Shown here in pieces: positions 18,762-26,514 of a stretch of DNA of 64,000 bases. Location of the stretch: positions 188,068-252,067 of the forward strand of contig CAZPXQ010000002.1 in NCBI GenBank assembly GCA_964590595.1, read 5' to 3'. The translations under genes were made by a program, and so were the position numbers. How positions within the stretch are numbered: the first letter of the stretch is position 1; every line of letters starts with the position of its first letter. The DNA is from an uncultured Sphingomonadales bacterium (GTDB lineage Bacteria; Pseudomonadota; Alphaproteobacteria; Sphingomonadales; CAKZYD01). The notes under the pieces were generated by a model. That model had not been told where the DNA came from and did no database searches. It saw nothing but the letters and a program-made list of their open reading frames with translations.

Positions 18762-20201
18762 ATGACTGCACGGAGCGCGCGGCCAATTCAGCCCGTCATT
18801 CTTTCCGGCGGCGCGGGAACTAGGCTTTGGCCATTGTCGCGGCAATTGCAACCCAAGCAGTTGCTGCCCTTGTGCGGCACCGACACGCTGTTGCAAGCAA
18901 GCGCGCGGCGGGTCGCGAACCCCGCCCGTTTTGCGCCGCCATTGATCATCGCCAATGAAGATCATCGGTTTTTGATCGCCGAGCAATTGCGCCAGGTTGA
19001 CATCGCCCCGGCGGCGATTTTGCTGGAACCGGAAGGCCGCAACACAGCGCCCGCCATTGCCCTGGCGGCGCATGCGGCGCTGGGCTTGGGCGAGGACACG
19101 TTATTGTTGGCAATGCCGTCCGATCATTTGATCGCGCGGCCCGACGCGTTTTTGCACGCCGTCGATCAAGCCGCCGCCGCGGTCGCGGCCGAAGCGGCCT
19201 TGGCCACTTTCTCGATCACCCCAACCGCGCCCGAAACCGGCTATGGCTATATTGAACAAGGACAGGTCCTGGCGGGACATCCTGGGTGTTTCCGCATCGC
19301 CCGTTTTGTCGAAAAGCCGGATCAGCCGACCGCCCAGACCTATCTGGACGCCGGCCGTTATGGCTGGAACAGCGGCATCTTCCTGTTCCGCGCCAGCGAT
19401 TATTTGGCGGAATTGGCCGCCCACGCGCCGGCGATGGCGGCAGCGTGCCAACAAGCCGCGCAATCGCTGCGTGCCGACGGCCTGTTCCAGCGGCCCGATC
19501 TTGCCGTTTGGCGCGCTGTGCCACCGGGATCGATCGACTATCTGGTGATGGAAAAAACCGCCCGCGCTATCACCGTGCCCGTGGCCATGGGCTGGAGCGA
19601 TGTTGGCTCATGGAGCGCCCTGGCCGATGTCAGTGCAAGCGATGGCAATGCCAACACCTTGATCGGCAACGTGATCGCCACCGCCAGCAGCGGTAGCTAT
19701 GTGCGTAGTGAGGGCCCGCTTGTCGCCGCCGTCGGCCTGCGTGACATGGTGGTGGTCGCCACGGCGGACGCGGTGCTGGTCGCGGACAAGGCCGCCAGCC
19801 AAAACGTCAAGACCATTGTCGAAGCCCTGAACGCCGCTGGCCGCCAAGAACATATCCGGCACCCCCAACAGCATTTCCCTGGCGGCATGATGCAGCGCGT
19901 AGCCTTGGGCGACGGTCTTAAACTATACCGAATCATCGTTGATCCCGGCGCGCGCGTCGCCTTGACGGCGGAATTTGCAGCCAAGGCCACGCAATCCGTT
20001 GGCCAGCATTTGGTGGTGGTCGCGGGTAGCGGCAAGATCGACCAAGGCGGCACGATTATCCAACTGACCCCCGGATGTTCCACGCCCATTTTAGGGCCAG
20101 ACAAATATGTAATTGAAAATGTGGGGGAAAGTCCCCTTCACCTGCTCGCATTTGGCGACCAGGGCGAAGATAATGATTTTTGTATAGACTGGACGGCGTG
20201 A
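18762..20201 (+). CDS. manC: mannose-1-phosphate guanylyltransferase / mannose-6-phosphate isomerase (type II PMI-GMP)
   Basis: N-terminus PVILSGGAGTRLWPLSR with a nucleotidyltransferase fold, plus a C-terminal cupin-like region. The ORF is open from 18753 (TTG); I prefer the ATG at 18762. Confidence 0.88.
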   Translation: MTARSARPIQPVILSGGAGTRLWPLSRQLQPKQLLPLCGTDTLLQASARRVANPARFAPPLIIANEDHRFLIAEQLRQVDIAPAAILLEPEGRNTAPAIALAAHAALGLGEDTLLLAMPSDHLIARPDAFLHAVDQAAAAVAAEAALATFSITPTAPETGYGYIEQGQVLAGHPGCFRIARFVEKPDQPTAQTYLDAGRYGWNSGIFLFRASDYLAELAAHAPAMAAACQQAAQSLRADGLFQRPDLAVWRAVPPGSIDYLVMEKTARAITVPVAMGWSDVGSWSALADVSASDGNANTLIGNVIATASSGSYVRSEGPLVAAVGLRDMVVVATADAVLVADKAASQNVKTIVEALNAAGRQEHIRHPQQHFPGGMMQRVALGDGLKLYRIIVDPGARVALTAEFAAKATQSVGQHLVVVAGSGKIDQGGTIIQLTPGCSTPILGPDKYVIENVGESPLHLLAFGDQGEDNDFCIDWTA

Positions 20202-20215
20202 CGTTAACGCTTTAT

Positions 20216-20231
20216 TGGCCCGGTTTTTGCT
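20216..20231 (+). promoter_or_regulatory. candidate sigma-54 (-24/-12) promoter
   Basis: TGGCCCGgtttTTGCTT against the consensus TGGCACG-N4-TTGCW: one mismatch and exact GG-N10-GC spacing. It lies ~155 nt upstream of the sorting-signal protein gene, and the sigma-54 activator PrsR is encoded 7 kb away. Confidence 0.5.
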
Positions 20232-20386
20232 TATATCCGTCTATTGTCGGCGTTGAAATATAGGCTTAAGCTGGTTTTTTAATCCGAAGGTGTAAGCTGA
20301 GCCGACGATTCGAATCGGTATTTGTAGCGTTTTAGGACGGGGACTCGGGAACCCTGGCCAGCGCATTAGGGCGGGAAGTCACGAAT

Positions 20387-23300
20387 TTGAAGCGCAATTT
20401 GATCCTGGCAGGCGCGGTAAGCGTTGCGTTCTTGGCGGTGGCAGGCATGACCGCTGGCCTTGGCGGCGGGAGTTTGTTTGCGCCGTCCGGCCAAGGCGGC
20501 TGGTTCACCGGCTTGCTGCGGTCGGAACAATTGGCGCGCATTGCGGCGCCGCGCCTGGATACCCAGCTCGCGCAAATGAACGACCAGGTCTTGGCCGACG
20601 CCGCCATGGGGCCGGCCTTGCAAGCGCCCAATGCCAGTGGCGCGGTGCTTGGCCGTTATGCAACCCTGCCCGATGTCAACGTGGCCGACGCCTTGGCGGG
20701 CGCCTTGGCCCAGGACAGTGCCGGCCTTGCCGCGCTGCAAGCCTATTGGGATGCCCATGCCGGTGATCCGCAAGATCTGATCGACCGCGGCGAAGCCTTG
20801 GCCCAAGCCCTGGCCGATGCCGCCAATAGTGGTGCCGCCGGCAGCCAAATCCGCCAAGCCGCTCGCAGCATCGTGGCCAGCGCCGAAACCGCGGCTGGCT
20901 CGGCTTTTTTGTCGCCCCTGCTTTTGGATGATGATTTCAGTTTGGCAGACGGCGCGGCTGGCCATGATCTTGGCCCAACCGACAAGGCGGCTTATCCGGG
21001 CTTCACACGGTTGGGTCCCGATCACCCTGGCCTCACCGGCGCGCAAGTCCGCGCCGTCGACCTAGAACCGCGCAGCACGCTGCTGAGCGATGGCATTGCC
21101 GGCATCGACGGACTGGCCGTGGCCGGCGCGGCGGGCAATGACTGGCGGGTCTATTTGATTTCAACAGGCCGGCTTGACGGTCGGCCGCTGCCCCTACCCT
21201 TTGGCGCCGTCGGTCAGGCCGGCGACCTGCCCAGTCGCATCGTCGATGGCCGCACCGCCACACAGCCAACCGTGGCGGTGTTTGAAGATCAGGCCATCGG
21301 CTATCGCCAGATCGGCGAAGCCGGGCGCGGCGCGCGGCCATTGGTGTTGGCGCTGCCGGTCCAAGCCGTTAATGACAGCGCTCAAATCCGCCTCGCCACC
21401 AACGGCAATCAAGTCACCTACGTCAATGGCGCGGTGGTCGTGCCCAATCCTATGCCTGCGGCGCTGGCGCAGGTGCAACGGCAGTTCGCGCCTTTTATAG
21501 GCGACGGCGCACGCTTAGCCCAAAGCTCTGGCGGTGCCGCCGCCGCCCGCGCGCCCAGGCGGACCGCTGGCATCACCGCAGTCGGCGCTGATCAAGCCCT
21601 GGCTGGCGCCATTCAAGGCACCGAGGCCGGATTGGAAACCTTGCAAGCCTATCTCGACGGCGCCGGCGGCGACCTCAACCGCCTGGAAGGCCGGGCCTTG
21701 GCGCTGATCGATAAACTGGCAGACAGCGAGGTCGCCTTGGACTTCCTGCGTCTGGCCGAAACCGCCAATCGCATTGTCGATGCGACGGCGCGAGCCTCGG
21801 CCTCGACTTATAGCATGCCTTTGGTGGTCACCAATGACGCGCGCCTGTCCGACGATATGAGCGGCTGGGATTTCGGCCATCTCGACCAGCCGGCGGTGAC
21901 CGGCTTCAGCCGCGTTGGGCCGTCCGACCCGATGCTATTCGGCACCCGCATCCAAGCGGTCGACACCAACGCATTCGCGCCGGTGCTGCGCGATGTTCTG
22001 ACCGGGGTCAATGGCTTTGGCATGGATTTGGCGGATGGTTATTATCGGGTGCTGTTGATCGCCCCGGCGCAGTTCAATGGGGCGCCGGCGGCGACACCTT
22101 TTGGCGATGGCCTGCGCCTGAGTGGCTTTTCATCGCGCATGGTCGATTTGGAGCCAACCCAGCCGGCGATCTGGGGGCTATTCGATAGCAGCGGCGTCAA
22201 TATCATGGGCGGGTTGGAGCTTTATGGCGACCCCGGCGTCGCGCTGGCCGGTCCCGCCGTGGCCGATCCCTTGGGGCCACGGCCGATCGCGGCGCAACGC
22301 CTGAACCCACGCGATATCAATGGCGTGCTTTTGGCCAGCCGTGCGCGCGTCAGCGGCGGCCGGTTGCAGCTTGAAATGGATATCGCGCCGCCACGCTTCA
22401 CCATCATCAGCGCCACCACGCTGAACCCCTCGGATCCGACAGCGTTGGAAGAACTGCTGTCAGACCGCATCGCCGCTTTATTGGCCGCCACGGCCCCGGC
22501 GGCCGGCGTGGATGGCGACAGCGGCACGCAATTTGCCGTCAATAGTTTCTCCCAGGCCTTCACCGGAACCGGACCCACGCGGGTCGCCAGTATCCTGCCC
22601 AGCGGTGGCGGCTTGGGCAGCGGCACCACTGGCGGTACGGGTGGCGGCACCGGCGGTGGCACCACGGGCGGCGGTGGCACGGGTGGCGGTGGCACTACGG
22701 GCGGTGGCCCCGTCGGACCACCAGGCGGCGGCACCACGGACGGTGGCACCACGGATGGCGGCGCGACGGACGGTGGAGCCAAGGATGGCGGTGCGACCGA
22801 TGGCGGCGCGACGGACGGTGGTACCACCGATGGCGGGACGACCGATGGCGGCGCTACGGACGGCGGCACCACGGACGGTGGTACCACGGACGGTGGCACC
22901 ACGGATGGCGGCGCGACGGACGGTGGCACCACCGATGGCGGGACGACCGATGGCGGCGCTACGGACGGCGGCACCACGGACGGTGGTACCACGGATGGCG
23001 GCGCGACCGATGGCGGCACCACGGATGGCGGCGCGACCGACGGCGGCACCACGGACGGCGGTACGACCGATGGCGGTACCACCGATGGCGGTGCGACCGA
23101 CGGCGGCACCACGGACGGCGGTACGACCGATGGCGGTACCACCGATGGCGGTGCGACGGACGGTGGCACAACAGACGGCGGCGCCACGGACGGTGGCACC
23201 ACGGATGGCGGCGCGACAGACGGCGGAGCCACGGATGGCGGTACGACCGATGGCGGCACCACGGACGGCGGTGCTACGGACGGCGGTGCGACCGATGGCG

Positions 23301-23707
23301 GAGCCACGGATGGCGGCACGACCGGTGGCGAGCCCTTCATTCAAGCCGATGCTGGCGGGCCCTATCGGGTTTATGCCGGCGAGGCCTTTTCCTTGGACGG
23401 CTCTGGCTCGATCCTGATGAATGTCGACCCCTCTTTGTTGCAGGCGGAATGGCTGCTGGGTGGCAACACCTTGCTGGCGACGGGCCTGGGCACGGTGGAA
23501 TCTCCGCTTAACCCATCCCTTGTCACTTTGGACGTGCCAGGGCAATTCGAGGTGTATTTGCGGCTGACGCATTTGGGTCTGATTTCGCAAGATATCGGCA
23601 TCATCATCGTGCTGGCCCGCGACATTCCAGCCCCGGCGGCGCTGTTGCTACTGGCAACTGGCCTGGCGGTCTTGAGCATGGCGCGACGGCGGCGAAAAGA
23701 CCGATAA
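20387..23707 (+). CDS. large secreted repeat protein with a PEP-CTERM/VPLPA-CTERM-like C-terminal sorting signal
   Basis: TTG start. Signal peptide [20 protein letters not shown], two homologous ~300-aa modules, a Gly/Thr linker, 39x TDGG[A/T], a PKD-like segment ([22 protein letters not shown]), then [27 protein letters not shown] at the C-terminus. Confidence 0.85.
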   Translation: MKRNLILAGAVSVAFLAVAGMTAGLGGGSLFAPSGQGGWFTGLLRSEQLARIAAPRLDTQLAQMNDQVLADAAMGPALQAPNASGAVLGRYATLPDVNVADALAGALAQDSAGLAALQAYWDAHAGDPQDLIDRGEALAQALADAANSGAAGSQIRQAARSIVASAETAAGSAFLSPLLLDDDFSLADGAAGHDLGPTDKAAYPGFTRLGPDHPGLTGAQVRAVDLEPRSTLLSDGIAGIDGLAVAGAAGNDWRVYLISTGRLDGRPLPLPFGAVGQAGDLPSRIVDGRTATQPTVAVFEDQAIGYRQIGEAGRGARPLVLALPVQAVNDSAQIRLATNGNQVTYVNGAVVVPNPMPAALAQVQRQFAPFIGDGARLAQSSGGAAAARAPRRTAGITAVGADQALAGAIQGTEAGLETLQAYLDGAGGDLNRLEGRALALIDKLADSEVALDFLRLAETANRIVDATARASASTYSMPLVVTNDARLSDDMSGWDFGHLDQPAVTGFSRVGPSDPMLFGTRIQAVDTNAFAPVLRDVLTGVNGFGMDLADGYYRVLLIAPAQFNGAPAATPFGDGLRLSGFSSRMVDLEPTQPAIWGLFDSSGVNIMGGLELYGDPGVALAGPAVADPLGPRPIAAQRLNPRDINGVLLASRARVSGGRLQLEMDIAPPRFTIISATTLNPSDPTALEELLSDRIAALLAATAPAAGVDGDSGTQFAVNSFSQAFTGTGPTRVASILPSGGGLGSGTTGGTGGGTGGGTTGGGGTGGGGTTGGGPVGPPGGGTTDGGTTDGGATDGGAKDGGATDGGATDGGTTDGGTTDGGATDGGTTDGGTTDGGTTDGGATDGGTTDGGTTDGGATDGGTTDGGTTDGGATDGGTTDGGATDGGTTDGGTTDGGTTDGGATDGGTTDGGTTDGGTTDGGATDGGTTDGGATDGGTTDGGATDGGATDGGTTDGGTTDGGATDGGATDGGATDGGTTGGEPFIQADAGGPYRVYAGEAFSLDGSGSILMNVDPSLLQAEWLLGGNTLLATGLGTVESPLNPSLVTLDVPGQFEVYLRLTHLGLISQDIGIIIVLARDIPAPAALLLLATGLAVLSMARRRRKDR
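22733..23317 (+). repeat. 39 tandem copies of a 15-bp in-frame repeat encoding TDGG[A/T]
   Basis: Counted directly from the sequence. Nearly identical 60-bp higher-order units occur at 23041-23100 and 23101-23160 (1 mismatch). Confidence 0.95.
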
Positions 23708-23887
23708 TTTTTCTATTTATCCGTGTGCCCGCCCTGGGCTAATATGCATGTGCATTTCAAGGGGCGGAATGATAAGCCGGCGTTGGCGCGCCGGCGCTGG
23801 GGGCCTTGCCGCCGCGTTTAATGCGCGGTCGCCATTTCTGTAGCGTGCACACCCGCCAGCCCGCCGCCCCAAACAGGGGATGGCGCC

Positions 23888-25060
23888 ATGCGCGTGATGG
23901 TGATTGCCGGCACACGCCCGGAAATAATTAAAACCGCGCCAGTGGTGCATGCCTTGCGCGGGCGGGACTTGGCCAACACCCTAGGCATGCGCGACATCGA
24001 ATGCGCCATCATCGCCACTGGCCAACATGGCGAAATGGCCAGCCAGGCCTTTGCCGATGTCGGCCTTGACCCCGATTTCAGCCTCAACATGGGCAGGGGC
24101 GCGGCTGGCTTGACCGAAATGGCCTCGCAAATTCTCAGCATCGCCAAACCGGCCGGCCGCCAGGCGCCGCCCGCCGATCTGCTGTTGGTGCAGGGCGACA
24201 CCAACTCCGCCCTCGCCGGCGCCATGGCCGGCTGGTATGGCCGACTACCGGTGGCCCATGTCGAAGCCGGTTTGCGCAGCGGCGATGAACGCGACCCGTT
24301 CCCCGAAGAAGCCAATCGCCGCCTCATCTCCCGTTTTACGGCCCTGCATTTCGCGCCCACCCGCCGCGCCGCCGAAAACTTGCGGACCGAGGGAATTGAT
24401 CCCGCGCAAATCATGGTCACCGGCAATACGGTGGTCGATGCCTTGAACCATGCCCAGCCTGACGCGGCGCTCCTGCCTTGCGCGGTGGCGCCGACCCAGC
24501 GCTTGGTGACCGTGACCTGCCATCGCCGCGACAATTGGCATGATGGCGTGTTGGCGGTCTGCCAAGCGGTGTTGGCGCTGGCAGCCCATGACAATAACCT
24601 GCATATTGCCTTCGTGCTGCATGGCAATCCGCAATTGGCCGCCGCCGTGCGCCAAGCCCTGGGCGATCCGCCGCGCGTCAGCCTGCTGCCGCCACAGTCT
24701 TTTGCGCAATTCATTGCCCTGCTGCGAGCCTCGGCCCTGGTGATCACTGATTCCGGCGGCGTCCAGGAAGAAGCGGTCACCCTGGGCCGACCGGTGCTGG
24801 TATGCCGGGCTTCCAGCGAACGGCCCGAAGGGTTGGACAGCGGCTTGATGGAAATTGTCGGCACCGACCCTGAAACCATCGTCGCCCGCGCCCAGGCGCG
24901 GCTGGCGCAAAGCCCGACCCAACCTCCCACCGTCAATCCATATGGCGACGGCGCCGCCGGCCCGCGCATCGCCGAAGCACTGTTGCGCTGGCATGCGGGT
25001 TTGATGCCTTATCTGCCTGCGCAACGGCAATTCGACGCCGCCGGCGTCGCGGCGGCCTAG
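23888..25060 (+). CDS. wecB: UDP-N-acetylglucosamine 2-epimerase, copy 2 (first gene of the nfr-like operon)
   Basis: 390 aa. Motifs seen: GTRPEIIKTAPV, HVEAGLRS...FPEEANR, DSGGVQEE. Confidence 0.9.
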   Translation: MRVMVIAGTRPEIIKTAPVVHALRGRDLANTLGMRDIECAIIATGQHGEMASQAFADVGLDPDFSLNMGRGAAGLTEMASQILSIAKPAGRQAPPADLLLVQGDTNSALAGAMAGWYGRLPVAHVEAGLRSGDERDPFPEEANRRLISRFTALHFAPTRRAAENLRTEGIDPAQIMVTGNTVVDALNHAQPDAALLPCAVAPTQRLVTVTCHRRDNWHDGVLAVCQAVLALAAHDNNLHIAFVLHGNPQLAAAVRQALGDPPRVSLLPPQSFAQFIALLRASALVITDSGGVQEEAVTLGRPVLVCRASSERPEGLDSGLMEIVGTDPETIVARAQARLAQSPTQPPTVNPYGDGAAGPRIAEALLRWHAGLMPYLPAQRQFDAAGVAAA

Positions 25061-25062
25061 TC

Positions 25063-26514
25063 ATGGCAATCTGGCTTGATAGCTTGGCGGCCTATCTTTT
25101 TGGCCTTAAGTTCGTCTTGGCTGGCACGGCGCTGTTGATCGCCATCAGTTCACTGGATGATTTTGCCGTCGACATCATTTTCTATGCGCGGCGGTTATAT
25201 CGACGCCAGACCGTCTATCGCCGCCACGCTCGGCAGTCGGCACCGGCCCTGGGCAACGATGATCAGCAATGGGTCGCGATCCTGGTGCCGGCCTGGCGCG
25301 AAGCCGCCGTGATCGAGCATATGCTGATCAAGATGTGCGACGGGCTGGCTTATCGGCGCTACCGGGTTTTTGTAGGGCTTTACGCCAATGACCCCGACAC
25401 CGCCGCCGCCGTGGCCGGCGCCCGCGCCCAATTGGCCGCGCGCACGCGGGCGCTGCCGCCAATCGTAGCGGTGCCGTTGGAACGCGATGGCCCGACCTGT
25501 AAGGCGGATTGCCTGAACGGGGTTTATCATGCCGCCTTACGCCATGAGCGGGCGCTGGGCATCCGCTTTGCCATCTTCGCCCTGCATGATGCAGAGGATG
25601 TGGTACATCCCTTGGAATTGCGGGTTTTCAACCATTTGATCCCGCGCAAGGACATGGTGCAATTGCCGGTCGCTCCCCTGCCCCGGCCTTGGCATCGCTG
25701 GGTAGGCGGGCATTATCTGGATGAATTCGCCGAAAGCCATGCCAAGGATCTGGTGGTGCGCGAATGCCTGACCGGTGGCGTGCCCAGCGCCGGGGTCGGC
25801 TGCGCCTTCAGCCGCCGCGCGCTGCGGCTGGCTGGCCAAGGGCGCGGCGGCGCGCCGTTCAACACCGCCAGCGTGACCGAAGATTATGATCTGGCGTTGC
25901 GCTTGCGCGGCCACGGCTTACGCAGCGCCTTTGTGCGCATGGCTGGTGGTGCCAAGAACATGCAACCCGTCGCCACCCGGGAATTTTTCCCGTCCCATTT
26001 CGACGCGGCAGTGCGGCAAAAAAGCCGCTGGCTGTTGGGCATTGCGCTACAGGGGTGGCAAAGCCTGGGCTGGCGTGGCAACTTCGCCAGCCGCTATATG
26101 CTGCTGCGCGACCGCAAGGCGCTGGTGACCGCGCCACTCAACATATTGGCCTATGGCCTGGCCGCGCAATTGCTGGCGCTTTGGGCGATGGGTCGGCTGT
26201 GGCCGGGATTTCCCGCATTTCCGGCGCTGGTCACGGCCGGTTCCGTAACCGCCTGGCTGCTCTGGGCCAACTTATTTTTTCTGGTCAACAGGCTGGCGCA
26301 ACGGATGATCTGTGTTTGGCGGGTCTATGGCCTGGGGCAGGCGCTGCTGTCGCTGCCGCGCGCGATCGTTGCCAACATCGTCAATTTCGCGGCGGTGTGG
26401 CGGGCGGTGCGGCTGTTTCGCCAGGCCCGCCGCCGCCGCCAGCCGGTGGCCTGGGACAAGACGGCGCATGAATTTCCTGATGACGCCATCACTGGCTTGC
26501 CGGGTGCGCCATGA
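25063..26514 (+). CDS. nfrB: NfrB-like family-2 glycosyltransferase (membrane EPS synthase)
   Basis: 483 aa. Shares the motif series I recall from E. coli NfrB: SSLDDFAVD, VPAWRE..VIE, GLYANDPDT, GPTCKADCLN, HDAEDVVHP, YLDEFAESHAKD, VPSAGVG, SVTEDYD, VRQKSRW, LLRDRK, VAWDKTAHEFP. C-terminal TM helices are present. Confidence 0.8.
   Translation: MAIWLDSLAAYLFGLKFVLAGTALLIAISSLDDFAVDIIFYARRLYRRQTVYRRHARQSAPALGNDDQQWVAILVPAWREAAVIEHMLIKMCDGLAYRRYRVFVGLYANDPDTAAAVAGARAQLAARTRALPPIVAVPLERDGPTCKADCLNGVYHAALRHERALGIRFAIFALHDAEDVVHPLELRVFNHLIPRKDMVQLPVAPLPRPWHRWVGGHYLDEFAESHAKDLVVRECLTGGVPSAGVGCAFSRRALRLAGQGRGGAPFNTASVTEDYDLALRLRGHGLRSAFVRMAGGAKNMQPVATREFFPSHFDAAVRQKSRWLLGIALQGWQSLGWRGNFASRYMLLRDRKALVTAPLNILAYGLAAQLLALWAMGRLWPGFPAFPALVTAGSVTAWLLWANLFFLVNRLAQRMICVWRVYGLGQALLSLPRAIVANIVNFAAVWRAVRLFRQARRRRQPVAWDKTAHEFPDDAITGLPGAP

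Noticed and set aside
22733-23317. Could the repeat array be a CRISPR array?
   Set aside because: The units are 15 bp, contiguous and without spacers. They are in frame inside a long CDS, and no cas genes are nearby.
22222-23590. Three long ORFs (22222-23340 minus, 22478-23590 minus, 22512-23417 plus), plus a short 70-aa one (22959-23171 minus), overlapping the repeat region, e.g. the [10 protein letters not shown] repeat protein.
   Set aside because: These are artefacts of a stop-free 15-bp tandem repeat. Only the 20387-23707 frame is continuous with a signal peptide, structured domains and a sorting signal.
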